From the NCBI GenBank assembly GCA_002239025.1, contig MPNM01000008.1:47196-111195 (forward strand): a stretch of DNA of 64,000 nucleotides. Reading direction: 5' to 3'. The notes beneath the pieces were generated by a model. It was not told the origin of the DNA. It worked only from the letters and a program-made list of their open reading frames with translations, and made no database searches. Below are positions 54,854 through 64,000 of this stretch, piece after piece. Origin of the DNA: Chloroflexi bacterium bin125 (lineage in GTDB: Bacteria; Chloroflexota; Dehalococcoidia; Bin125). A program made the translations under genes and the position numbers. The first letter of the stretch is position 1. Each line of letters begins with the position of its first letter.

Positions 54854-56197
54854 ATGGACAACGCCCAATACCGCGCTCTCGTCGAGGATGACCTCAATCA
54901 CTGGGTGCACCCGCTCTTCCACCCCGACTTCCACCAGGAGCCGGTGATGTTCGAGCGCGGAGAGGGCGTCTATATCTACGGCACTGACGGCCGGCAGTAC
55001 ATCGATGGCCTCGCCGCCCTCTGGAACGTCGCGGTCGGCCACGGACGCTCGGAACTCGGCGAAGCGGCCAAAGAGCAAATGTCCAAGCTAGGCTTCTCCA
55101 ACTCCTACGAGGGCTACACCAACGAACCAGCCATTCGCCTGGCCAAGAAGGTCATCGATCTCGCCTACGACAACATGCAGGCGGTCTACTTCACCAACTC
55201 CGGCTCCGAGTCGAACGAGACAAACGTCAAAGCCGCCCGCTTCTACTGGATCCAGAAGGGTCGCCCCGAGAAGCAGAAGATCATCACCCGCGTCGAGGCA
55301 TATCACGGCAACACCGTCGCGATGACCGCCGCAACCGGCATGCAGGTCTTCAAGCCGCAGTTCGGCCGACCCGTGCCCGACATCATCAACGCCACCACCC
55401 CCGACGCCACCCCCACCGGCGGCGGCCGGATCGACAGCGGAAACCTGCTAATCGACAACATTGTCGCCACGATCGAAATGGAAGGCCCCGACACCGTCGC
55501 AGCCGTGATCGCCGAGCCCGTACAGGGCGCCGGCGGCGTTTACCCGCCGCCCGAGGACTATTTCCCCCGATTGCGTGAAGTCTGCGACCGCTATGAAGTC
55601 CTGTTGATCGCCGACGAAGTGATTACCGGCTTCGGTCGCACCGGCAAGTGGTTCGCGCTGGAGCACTTCGATGTGCAGCCCGACATGATGTCGATCGCCA
55701 AGGCGATTACATCCGGCTACGTCCCCATGGGCGCTGCGGTTTGGTCGCAGGAAGTCCACGAGACCATCACACAGGGTCCCGGCAAGTTCATGCACGCCTA
55801 TACCAACGCCGGTCATCCGACCGCCGCCGCCGTCGGTCTGCGCAACCTGCAAATCTTCGAGGACGAAGGTCTGGTCGACAACGCCGCTGCGCGGGGCGAG
55901 CAACTGCTCTCCGGTCTGCAACGCCTGACCGAGAACCCACACATCGGCAACGTCCGAGGTCTCGGATTCATGTGCGGCTTCGACATCCTCAAGGATCCCG
56001 AAACCGACGAAGCCTTCCCCGCCTCGGACGGCATGGGAGCCAAGCTGCTCAAGGCCTGCCAGCGCCGAGGCCTCATCAGCCGAGTTCGCAACGACGGCTA
56101 CCTCCTCGCCCCACCACTGGTCGCCACCGAAGAACAGGTAGACGAAATCCTCAACATCGTCGAGGACTCCGTCCGCGAAGTGACCGCCTCGCTGTAA
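54854..56197 (+). CDS. Class III (omega) PLP-dependent aminotransferase
   Basis: 447 aa aspartate-aminotransferase-fold class III pattern (GSESNE, DEVITGFGRTG, SIAK Lys). Confidence 0.85.
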   Translation: MDNAQYRALVEDDLNHWVHPLFHPDFHQEPVMFERGEGVYIYGTDGRQYIDGLAALWNVAVGHGRSELGEAAKEQMSKLGFSNSYEGYTNEPAIRLAKKVIDLAYDNMQAVYFTNSGSESNETNVKAARFYWIQKGRPEKQKIITRVEAYHGNTVAMTAATGMQVFKPQFGRPVPDIINATTPDATPTGGGRIDSGNLLIDNIVATIEMEGPDTVAAVIAEPVQGAGGVYPPPEDYFPRLREVCDRYEVLLIADEVITGFGRTGKWFALEHFDVQPDMMSIAKAITSGYVPMGAAVWSQEVHETITQGPGKFMHAYTNAGHPTAAAVGLRNLQIFEDEGLVDNAAARGEQLLSGLQRLTENPHIGNVRGLGFMCGFDILKDPETDEAFPASDGMGAKLLKACQRRGLISRVRNDGYLLAPPLVATEEQVDEILNIVEDSVREVTASL

Positions 56198-56477
56198 CAG
56201 TTGTCGTCATAGCGATTGACTGCCACGAGATCAGCTGACCGACAGGCGCTCGGACTTGACGACCATCCTCGGTTGGGCGCCTCATCGACCGCTGACGGCG
56301 ATTCTTCGGCTTGGCGCTAGACACCGTTGCCGACTCTCGCTACCCTTCGGGGCAGGAAAGGAGGTGATGCAACTTGGGACATAGTCAACTTTCGCCCAGG
56401 TATCGACGACGCAGCGTAGTGGAGGTGGGCGCCTCCTAAGCGCAATCAGAACCGTCGCCCGATCCCTGGGCGAACAA

Positions 56478-56517
56478 CGACGACCCCGGGCCGCCCAGCT
56501 CGGGGTCGTGCCGTTTA
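56478..56517 (+). terminator. Putative intrinsic terminator downstream of aminotransferase
   Basis: 10-bp stem ACGACGACCCCG...CGGGGTCGTG followed by CCGTTTAA. Confidence 0.4.
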
Positions 56518-56535
56518 ACCCGCTAGCCTTCCGCT

Positions 56536-57357
56536 ATGTCAGACCACGACCTCCTGCCGCCCGACCAACGCCTCGACATCAACCTCGTCCGCTCGCTCCT
56601 CAACACTTCTGAGTTCGGCAACAACCTTCACTATCTGGTCCAGACCACCTCCACCATGGACGACGCGCGCCGCCTCGCCGAGGACGGTGCGCGGCACGGC
56701 ACAGTGGTCGTCGCCGACGAGCAGACTGCTGGTCGCGGGACCAAGGGACGCATCTGGGTCTCGCCGCCAGGTCAGAGCATTCACACCACGCTGATCGTTC
56801 GCCCGACCATCGAGCAACTCAAGCGACTCAGCATTGTCAGCCCCGTTGCCACGACCGACGCCGTTCGCGAGACTACGCCGCTGCAACCAACGATCAAGTG
56901 GCCCAATGACATCCAGATGGAACATCGGAAAATGGGCGGCATCCTGATCGAAGCCGACTGGGGAGCCGGTCAACCGCACTACGCGCTGGTCGGCATCGGC
57001 CTCAACGTCAACTTTGACCCCGCACCCTGGGCCACCGAGATTGACCGCCCGGCCACCAGTCTGATGATCGAACTCGGTGCCCGCCAGCAGCGAGAGCCGG
57101 TGTTCGCAGCATTGCTCAATGCCTTCGAGCAGCGCTTCAATCAGGCGGAATCATCCGAGTTGCACGAGGCCTGGACGTCTCGACTGGACACGCTGGGCCA
57201 GGCAGTCACGGTCACGCTCGCAAGCGGAGAAGCGATTCGAGGAACAGCCGTCGCGGTCGATGAAGCAGGAGCGCTAATCCTCGAAACCGAAGAGGGGCAG
57301 CAACGCACGTTTATCGCCGGGGAAGTCACCTTACGAGCGGCCACAACTCCGCAGTAG
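56536..57357 (+). CDS. birA: Biotin--[acetyl-CoA-carboxylase] ligase
   Basis: TTSTMDDARRLAEDG...ADEQTAGRGTKGRIW...KWPNDI BPL motifs. Confidence 0.85.
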   Translation: MSDHDLLPPDQRLDINLVRSLLNTSEFGNNLHYLVQTTSTMDDARRLAEDGARHGTVVVADEQTAGRGTKGRIWVSPPGQSIHTTLIVRPTIEQLKRLSIVSPVATTDAVRETTPLQPTIKWPNDIQMEHRKMGGILIEADWGAGQPHYALVGIGLNVNFDPAPWATEIDRPATSLMIELGARQQREPVFAALLNAFEQRFNQAESSELHEAWTSRLDTLGQAVTVTLASGEAIRGTAVAVDEAGALILETEEGQQRTFIAGEVTLRAATTPQ

Positions 57358-60300
57358 GCCGCAATCGGAGGTCCCGTTGCACGATCAGTGACGGCCCGAC
57401 GATTGGGTCACCAGGTCTCATGATCCGCCACTGACCTGAGATCAGGTCCAGCACGCAGTGCGACGTCCAGAGACCGCCAACATCTTCGCCCGAGAGCACA
57501 ATTCTCGTCTCAACGTCGGTCGGGACACCTTCAAGGTCCGTGAATCCAACCCACCAGACCTTCGCGTCTGGCTCGTCGACGCCATGCAAGCAGGAGGCGG
57601 GAACCGAAGCAATCTGCTCGAGCACATCCGCAGTGTGCTCGACTCGATGCGTGTGAAGGCGGATGGTCCCGTCACCCAGCGATTTGGCATCAATCGAGAG
57701 GTGTAAGCCTCCCCGGACGACCGTTGTCCACCCTTCGCCAGCCAGCACAACTGCATCGACACCCTCTGTTGAAGCGAATCCTCGAGCCAACTCACGAGCA
57801 AACGTAGTCTCGCCATTCGACGATCGCAACGCCGCGTCTTCGATCCGCTGCTTGGTCGACCTCGGTCGAGCGGTTTCGTTGATCGCTTGCGTACGGAATG
57901 CTGCTAGTTCGATGGCGGAAAGATCACGGACCGGACCTTGCTCGCCTGCCGAGTAAGACAGTGTTACCGAGTCGAGCGATGTCACACGCTCTGCCAGCGT
58001 GAGAGTCACATTACTCGCTGACCAGTCCAGTGAACTGACTTCGATTGGGCGACGGCCCGCCGTCACTGTGAAGTCCGATGGCAGCGCGAAGCTCCCGTCG
58101 ACTCGCTGATTGAACATCACTTCGATTTCGCGGGCGTTGGCCACGACGCCACTGACCATCGGTGCCGTCTCGGTAAAGTTGCGAACCACGAAGACAGTGT
58201 CCGGCGCCCTCACTCCGGTCAATCCGGCAATCCCGCCTCGCTGGCGTGACCAATAGACGAGACCGAACGCCTCCAGGTCGTCGGGCAAATCTCTGGATAA
58301 CTCCAGGTAGAGCGAGGTACCACTTACGTCGACGCTGCGCGTCGTTGCCTCAACGTCTGCCCCGACCAGCTCAAACCGCGACGCAGGAATGTGCCGTTCG
58401 AGCAGAGGCTGGTCAAACGTGAGGAACACCGACGACCTCAACGCAAAGGCGGACGCGATCTTCGGCGGCGCGGTGACATCGATCACATCGATCCCGAAAG
58501 AGGCGATTGTCAAGCCAGTCCCACGCAAGGATTCGCCCGAATAACTCACTCGCGCGGGCTGTTCCGCACGAAGACCGGGCGCAACCAACTGCAATCGGAG
58601 CGTGTTGTTGTCGATGGCTGTCACCGCTGCCACCGATGCGTCACCGTTGATCGTGAACTGATTCGGCTCAGGAAGATCTGGTTCCAACGCCTGGTCGAAC
58701 GTCAGCGTCAGCGACACCCCATTAGCTTCAGCGCTCACAACGCATGGAGCTGCTTGAAGCAACTCGCGTTGGAACATCTGTGACTGCGATTCACTTGATT
58801 TGTAACGTCGAACCGTCACGAGATCACCAACGCAGATGGCCAAGTCAGGACTGAGCGCCACTACCGACCCTTGAGTCGAGAACTCAGCGGCACGTTCTGC
58901 TTCGTCGATCAGCAGAGACCACTCGTAGTCCGCGAGCGGAGTGGTCTGCAGTTCTGCCAGGAAGGTCAGTGTGAGACCGCCGAAGTCTGAAGTGACGCAT
59001 TGCAGACCCCAGGCAGGATCGATCAGGTTGGGCACATCGAGATCAAACGCCGAGATCTCCAGGCCCGACGCATCACGCAGTGCATGCTCCGCCGGTGCAT
59101 GCGCCACCGACAACGATGCGCATTCGGGGATTGGGTCGGTCAAATGAATCATCAGGCTTCTGTCCCGTGTTGAGGCCTGCTCAATTGCTTGCAAGTCGTC
59201 GTCAGCCGCGACGCGGAGCGAGCTCGCCTCGAGCTGCATGGCCGTCCCCATCTCAGCATCGAATTCAACAACGATGCGCTCAGGTTCCTTGCGGTCCAGC
59301 GCGCTGGCCACCGGCGCCGCCGCAGTCAAGTTGGCGACCGGCATTGGGTCAATACTCTCTACGTCGTGGGGCGGCATCGAGGTGTCGCGAAGGTTGAATC
59401 GGCCATCGAAGATCGATTCAGGGCTGTAAGTCACCCTCAATTGCTCCCCTGGGACAACTCGCTCGGCCAGGTCGAGAAACACAGTTGAGTCGCTAATCGC
59501 GACCGACTCGATCGCCACGACCTCGTCGTTGTTCCGTAGAACATCAAACCACTGCACTTCTGGATGTTCGTCGCAGTCGAAGTCGGGAATCTGCTCTTCG
59601 AGAGCTTCGCAGTTTGGAGGAGGCATAGAGCTCGGGTCGAGCGGCTGATCGAATTCAATCGCCAGCTTCCGGTCATTTGCCGTCGCCTGGACAAGTAACG
59701 GCGCCACATCGACGCGATTGATCACTGGCATCGTAAAACCCGATACGGCATTTGGAGCATCGTCATCTCGCAGGCCGCCGGACTCTGGTAGCGAATACGT
59801 CAACAAAAGCGCAGCCCCTTCAGGTACCGATTCACCTGCTTCAAGCGAGATGTTCAGACGACGCCGTTGTTCCGACGAGGGATCGAAGACCACCGAATCG
59901 ATCGGTTGCGCCGGTTCGAACGAAAACCAGGAATGATCAACGGTGTTCAGTGCATCCAGCGTTTGATCGAAACTCAGAGTGACGACTTGCCCACTCTCGT
60001 CGGTGATCACCTCGACTGGATACGGCGCGTAGTCCGTCTGATTGTCAACTTCTTGAACAAACTCCTCGATTCTGTTGCCATGAGTATCCAGCAACGCATG
60101 GGTCGCAGGGGGCGTATAGCTGAGTGAGATCGACTCATCTTCGACAGCCCCGACAGCGAGCCTCAACGTCAAGCTGGAACCCATCAAGGCGACCGACTCA
60201 ATCCCGATTCCGTTCGACAGCGAAAACGCGGTCATTAGAGGCTGCGTGTCCTCGTCCAGATCGTCACTGAACCGCAGCAGCAGCACGGCACCGTCAACTT

Positions 60301-63300
60301 CAGCGGACTCGACCTCAGCCGTTCTTGGCGTCAGGTTCGTCAGAAGAAGATTGCTAATCTGGGCTCGATGTTGCCCGACATCGTCATCGCGGATTCGGAT
60401 TGTCCCCGAAACAGGGAAGTACTTGATGGTCAGGGATTCATCCGCTCCAACCGACTCTGAAAGCGTCAACACCACCTTTCCAACGCCATCTGGTCCGTCG
60501 TTGGAGACTTCGACAAAGGTGATTGAGGCGTCAGTTCCCTCGACCTTGAAATGATCGGTCGGATATCCGTCATCGCCGCCGAATCGAGGGTCGTCGTATA
60601 TCTCCTGATCGAGAATGACGGTGATCGTCTCGTCCTCAACCACTCCCGACACAGGAACAGGTGCGGTATCGGTCCGATTGTCGATGGCCAGCGAAAACGA
60701 CTCGACGCGGTTACCACTTGGGTCTGCGACTCCGGCCTCAGTCGGTATCAGATAATCGATCGATGCAGTTTCGTCCTCTACGAGCGCTCGCGAGAGCGTC
60801 AAGTCCAGCGAATCGTCGTCGATGGCAACGGTAGTCACGCTCACCGCCGACTCCGCCGACTCCGCCGTGATGCTGAACAGATTGGCTGGGACCGCCGAAG
60901 CCGAGTCGAGCGACTGGTCAAACTCGATCAAGACCGCGTCGCCGTCACCCGTCGCCGATGCGGCAGTCGGCGCGACATCGGTGTTGTTGGTCACGGCTTC
61001 GGAGAAGTCCGCAATCATCGTGCCATCGGACTGCTGCAAGGGTGAGTGCATCGGTGCGGTGTACGTCAGTGTGTAGTTCGCCCCCTCAACAAGCGGGTCA
61101 GCCAACGTCACTGTGACCGCCATGTCCGAGACGGTGACGCTCGAGACGGATTGTTCCCCCGAACCGAGGGAGAATGCCGATGCGTCCGGCGTTGAGTTGG
61201 TGTCCAGATTCACCGAGAAGCTGATGACGATCTCCGCGCCGTCTCCCACGACCGATCGCACCAGCGGTTCCGGCGTCATGTTGACCACGGCGAATCCCGT
61301 GAACATTGCGACGACGACTTCTTTGCCTGCACGTTTGAGTTTGTTGGAGTCTCCTGCGGAATAGGACACGGTGACCGTGTCGTCGTGCTCGACGACTGTC
61401 GACAGCGCGAGGGTCACCGACGCGCCGTCGATAGCCACGCCGGTGACTGAGATATCTGCCGGCATGAGACTGAAGTTGGTAGCTGGCGGCTTGCTGTCTT
61501 CATCCAGCGCGCGATCGAATGTAAGTACTAATGAGTCGCCGTTGACTGTAGCCTCGGTCGGCCGTGGCGCACCGTCTGCGTTGTTGGTCACTGACGCGGA
61601 GGTCCAGGCTGAGGTCTTCCACATCGCATCGACACTCTGCAGCGCGGGCGACGTGGTGTCCGTCGGCGGTTGATAGCTGATCGTCACCGACTCGTTGACA
61701 TCGGCCGCGGGATCGAGGCTGAGCACGACGTTGGAGCCGCTGACGGACACGGCATCGATGGTACCCGCAGCGCTGCCGGCCATGGTGAAGGTGGACTTGT
61801 CGGGCACTCCGCCGGCTGTGGCGAGTAGCGAGTGGGACATGACGATCGTAAGCGTGCGGCCTGCCGGAGCAACAGACGCTGAGTCAAACGTCGGCGTTGG
61901 ATCTCCCGCCAGGTTGGTTACAGGCAGCGAGACGAAGGAGTCGACGCCGATCTCCTTGCCGTCTCGCTTCAGCGGCGATTCCATCGGAGCGGTGTAAGAG
62001 ACGCTGATGCGCTCGGTGTGATTAATGGCTGAACTGAGAGTCAGGATCAGGTCGTTCCCATCGATCGATAGGTTCGTCACTGCTGCCGATGTGCCAGCCA
62101 CCGAGACGGCGATCCCAGCCGGAATTGAGCTGGGATCCAGAAGTCGATCGAATGAGAGGGTCAGACGGTCACCGTCAACCTCCGCCAAGATCGGACGAGG
62201 TTTGCCATCGGCGCTGTTGGTCACCGGTTGGCCGGTGAACGCCAGCACCGGCTGGGCGTCTGCAGCCGACTGCAATCGCGCTGCCATCAAGTCGGTCGGC
62301 GGCGCGTAGCCGACTGTGACCGTTTCGTCGACATCGGCCCGCGGGCTGAGCGATAGAGAGACGGTCGAGTCGTCAATCGCGACTGAGTCAACCGATGCGG
62401 AGGTTCCCGTGAGCGAGAACGTCGAGCCCGCAGGCATATGCTCAGCGTCCTCATCGAGGGCGAGCGAGAAGGTGATGGTCAGGGTCGATCCCTCGGCCGA
62501 AACCGCTGCGCTGCTGAACTCCGGTACAGGCGCAACGGTGTTGTTGGTAACTGACCGATCCGTGAACGAATCGGCATCTACGATGTTCCGGCCCTCAATT
62601 CTTGGTGGTTGGTCGGGCTTCGCATAGGAAACGGTGATCGCGGCCCCGGCGCTCACCGCCGATGTAAGGGTGAGTGTCACGGTGGACTCAGTCAGCGATG
62701 TGTTGGCGAATGAAATCTTGCTGATCGTGACTCCATCCTCACCGTCAATCGAGAATGCTGAGGCAGGCGCGACCGCCTTGAGTGGAAGATTGAATGTGAT
62801 CTCCAATACTGCGCCGTTAACTACTGCCTTCGTCACAATGGGCTTCGCCGTCGGTGTACTGCTCTGAAAGGTGAAGGAGTAAATGTCCGCCACATTGTGC
62901 GCTGCGTCTGACTGACGAAGCGGCGTCTGGTTGGGTTCGATGTATTCGAGGGTGTATGTCGTCGAGTCGCGATTGTGCAGGATTCCGCTCAGCGAGAGCG
63001 TGACAACTGCCCTCGACACCGAAACCCCCTCCACACTCGGAGCGTGTTGAATGCCTCCAATCGTGAACGCATCGGCAGCAGGAACGCTGTCCTCGTCGAG
63101 CTCCTCACTGAAATTCAGCGTGACGAGGTCATACAGGGCCGTAACGGAGTTGAGGGTTGGAGGGCTGTCGACGCGATTCACAACCGCACGCTCCGACCAG
63201 CTCTCGATCTGCTTGTTGCCCTGATTCGCGTCTTGCGGCGGATCGCCGTCATCGGCGTCGTCCCTGTCATAATCCAACGCGATGTCATCGCCTTCGTCAA

Positions 63301-63925
63301 TGCTGCCCTCGCGTCCCAGGTCGATATCGAGCCTGGACGATGTGGCGGATTGGATCTGGACATCGTTAACCGGCACGGATCGCCCATTGACCTCGACTGC
63401 GAAGGCGGCAATCGTCAGATATCCGTTCTCTCCAGTTGAAATGGCTTCGCAAAATGTGACGTAGATGTATCTCCCCGCCGAGTCCGTTACCAGACTGACG
63501 ATCTCAGGAGGAGCGTCCGTGTTGTTGGTTACGGCCTTGTCGTTGAACGCCGCCACCGGCGTTCCGTCGCCATCTGTGAGGGATGAGTTGGCCGCCGAGT
63601 AACTCAGTGTGACGGCCTCCGAGGTGCATTCGACATCCGGCACCGAGGATTCAAGCGTGAGCACCAAGTCGTTGTCGACCGTGGCGGACTGGACTGCGAG
63701 TGTGGAGTCGCCGAGTCGAACCGTGAAATCTGAGGCCGAAGCCGTGCTATCAGCGTTGAGTGCGGTGGTGAAGGAGATCGTGAGTTGCGCGCCCTCCACA
63801 CTGGCTGCAGTGACCGCCGGCGGAGACTGTGTGTAGGTCGTCAGCGTCGTGAGTCCAACAAACGTTGCGAACGCTAGCGCTGCAAACAGTAGAAGCGAGG
63901 GCCGGCGACCGTGCAGCGCCAGCAC
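57326..63925 (-). CDS. Giant (2,199 aa) secreted protein composed of ~20 tandem Ig-like (SbsA/Big_5-type) repeats plus unique C-terminal domain
   Basis: N-terminal signal peptide; repeating ~95-100 aa units (V.N..D.AP....A.V.G..L.L.F...LD..S.P....F.V...........V.L.L...V.....V.VSY..P......D..GN.V..F) throughout. Confidence 0.6.
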   Translation of the reverse strand: MLALHGRRPSLLLFAALAFATFVGLTTLTTYTQSPPAVTAASVEGAQLTISFTTALNADSTASASDFTVRLGDSTLAVQSATVDNDLVLTLESSVPDVECTSEAVTLSYSAANSSLTDGDGTPVAAFNDKAVTNNTDAPPEIVSLVTDSAGRYIYVTFCEAISTGENGYLTIAAFAVEVNGRSVPVNDVQIQSATSSRLDIDLGREGSIDEGDDIALDYDRDDADDGDPPQDANQGNKQIESWSERAVVNRVDSPPTLNSVTALYDLVTLNFSEELDEDSVPAADAFTIGGIQHAPSVEGVSVSRAVVTLSLSGILHNRDSTTYTLEYIEPNQTPLRQSDAAHNVADIYSFTFQSSTPTAKPIVTKAVVNGAVLEITFNLPLKAVAPASAFSIDGEDGVTISKISFANTSLTESTVTLTLTSAVSAGAAITVSYAKPDQPPRIEGRNIVDADSFTDRSVTNNTVAPVPEFSSAAVSAEGSTLTITFSLALDEDAEHMPAGSTFSLTGTSASVDSVAIDDSTVSLSLSPRADVDETVTVGYAPPTDLMAARLQSAADAQPVLAFTGQPVTNSADGKPRPILAEVDGDRLTLSFDRLLDPSSIPAGIAVSVAGTSAAVTNLSIDGNDLILTLSSAINHTERISVSYTAPMESPLKRDGKEIGVDSFVSLPVTNLAGDPTPTFDSASVAPAGRTLTIVMSHSLLATAGGVPDKSTFTMAGSAAGTIDAVSVSGSNVVLSLDPAADVNESVTISYQPPTDTTSPALQSVDAMWKTSAWTSASVTNNADGAPRPTEATVNGDSLVLTFDRALDEDSKPPATNFSLMPADISVTGVAIDGASVTLALSTVVEHDDTVTVSYSAGDSNKLKRAGKEVVVAMFTGFAVVNMTPEPLVRSVVGDGAEIVISFSVNLDTNSTPDASAFSLGSGEQSVSSVTVSDMAVTVTLADPLVEGANYTLTYTAPMHSPLQQSDGTMIADFSEAVTNNTDVAPTAASATGDGDAVLIEFDQSLDSASAVPANLFSITAESAESAVSVTTVAIDDDSLDLTLSRALVEDETASIDYLIPTEAGVADPSGNRVESFSLAIDNRTDTAPVPVSGVVEDETITVILDQEIYDDPRFGGDDGYPTDHFKVEGTDASITFVEVSNDGPDGVGKVVLTLSESVGADESLTIKYFPVSGTIRIRDDDVGQHRAQISNLLLTNLTPRTAEVESAEVDGAVLLLRFSDDLDEDTQPLMTAFSLSNGIGIESVALMGSSLTLRLAVGAVEDESISLSYTPPATHALLDTHGNRIEEFVQEVDNQTDYAPYPVEVITDESGQVVTLSFDQTLDALNTVDHSWFSFEPAQPIDSVVFDPSSEQRRRLNISLEAGESVPEGAALLLTYSLPESGGLRDDDAPNAVSGFTMPVINRVDVAPLLVQATANDRKLAIEFDQPLDPSSMPPPNCEALEEQIPDFDCDEHPEVQWFDVLRNNDEVVAIESVAISDSTVFLDLAERVVPGEQLRVTYSPESIFDGRFNLRDTSMPPHDVESIDPMPVANLTAAAPVASALDRKEPERIVVEFDAEMGTAMQLEASSLRVAADDDLQAIEQASTRDRSLMIHLTDPIPECASLSVAHAPAEHALRDASGLEISAFDLDVPNLIDPAWGLQCVTSDFGGLTLTFLAELQTTPLADYEWSLLIDEAERAAEFSTQGSVVALSPDLAICVGDLVTVRRYKSSESQSQMFQRELLQAAPCVVSAEANGVSLTLTFDQALEPDLPEPNQFTINGDASVAAVTAIDNNTLRLQLVAPGLRAEQPARVSYSGESLRGTGLTIASFGIDVIDVTAPPKIASAFALRSSVFLTFDQPLLERHIPASRFELVGADVEATTRSVDVSGTSLYLELSRDLPDDLEAFGLVYWSRQRGGIAGLTGVRAPDTVFVVRNFTETAPMVSGVVANAREIEVMFNQRVDGSFALPSDFTVTAGRRPIEVSSLDWSASNVTLTLAERVTSLDSVTLSYSAGEQGPVRDLSAIELAAFRTQAINETARPRSTKQRIEDAALRSSNGETTFARELARGFASTEGVDAVVLAGEGWTTVVRGGLHLSIDAKSLGDGTIRLHTHRVEHTADVLEQIASVPASCLHGVDEPDAKVWWVGFTDLEGVPTDVETRIVLSGEDVGGLWTSHCVLDLISGQWRIMRPGDPIVGPSLIVQRDLRLRPTAELWPLVR

Positions 63926-64000
63926 GGCGTCACGACGCTCAACACGCCCAACTCTCGGCTAGCGAGCAGACCAATTCGGTGGTCGCTTCTCGACAAATGC

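Overview
This is a high-GC (~65-70%) bacterial chromosomal window, densely packed with housekeeping genes. Features assigned: 70; findings: 20.

Minus strand, start of window:
- The rod-shape/elongasome operon mreB-mreC-mreD-mrdA(PBP2)-rodA.
- ligA.

Plus strand, next block:
- hisH-hisA-hisF-hisI, with overlapping gene junctions.
- A small hicA/hicB toxin-antitoxin pair inserted after hisI, preceded by two operator-like palindromes.

Minus strand:
- rpmE-rpmA-rplU and ftsH.

Plus strand:
- rnhB-yraN, two tandem FmdB-type zinc-ribbon genes, and a membrane H+-pyrophosphatase (hppA).

Other housekeeping genes, strands mixed:
- glyQS, a 7Fe ferredoxin, uvrA, polA, mutM.
- A DUF-like membrane protein and a coiled-coil/TM protein.
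- An unknown Cys-rich protein followed by SDR, nitrilase-family and DmpA/S58 peptidase genes.
- surE, yebC-ruvC-ruvA, uvrB, and a class III nucleotidyl cyclase with an N-terminal zinc ribbon.
- ftsK, RNase J, a family-4 UDG, tatC-tatA, acpP, nusB, fabD, rpmF-yceD.
- A COG1579 zinc-ribbon protein, a lone large serine recombinase-like gene, rnhA, RNase P RNA (rnpB), murE, a class III aminotransferase, and birA.
- The 3' end is a 2,199-aa secreted protein (minus strand) built of about 20 tandem Ig-like repeats of roughly 100 aa.

The most unusual layer is non-coding. At least four families of GC-rich palindromic/MITE-like repeats occupy many intergenic spacers:
- Family A is about 220-235 bp with about 40-bp terminal inverted repeats; two full copies are present.
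- Family C is about 120 bp.
- Family B is about 50-60 bp and carries a GCCTTCGGC tetraloop hairpin.
- Family D is a REP-like CCCGCG...CGCGGG hairpin.
- A roughly 60-bp fragment of family A sits in-frame inside murE.

There is no CRISPR, no rRNA, and I could recognise no tRNA. Many long antisense ORFs in the track are high-GC artefacts.
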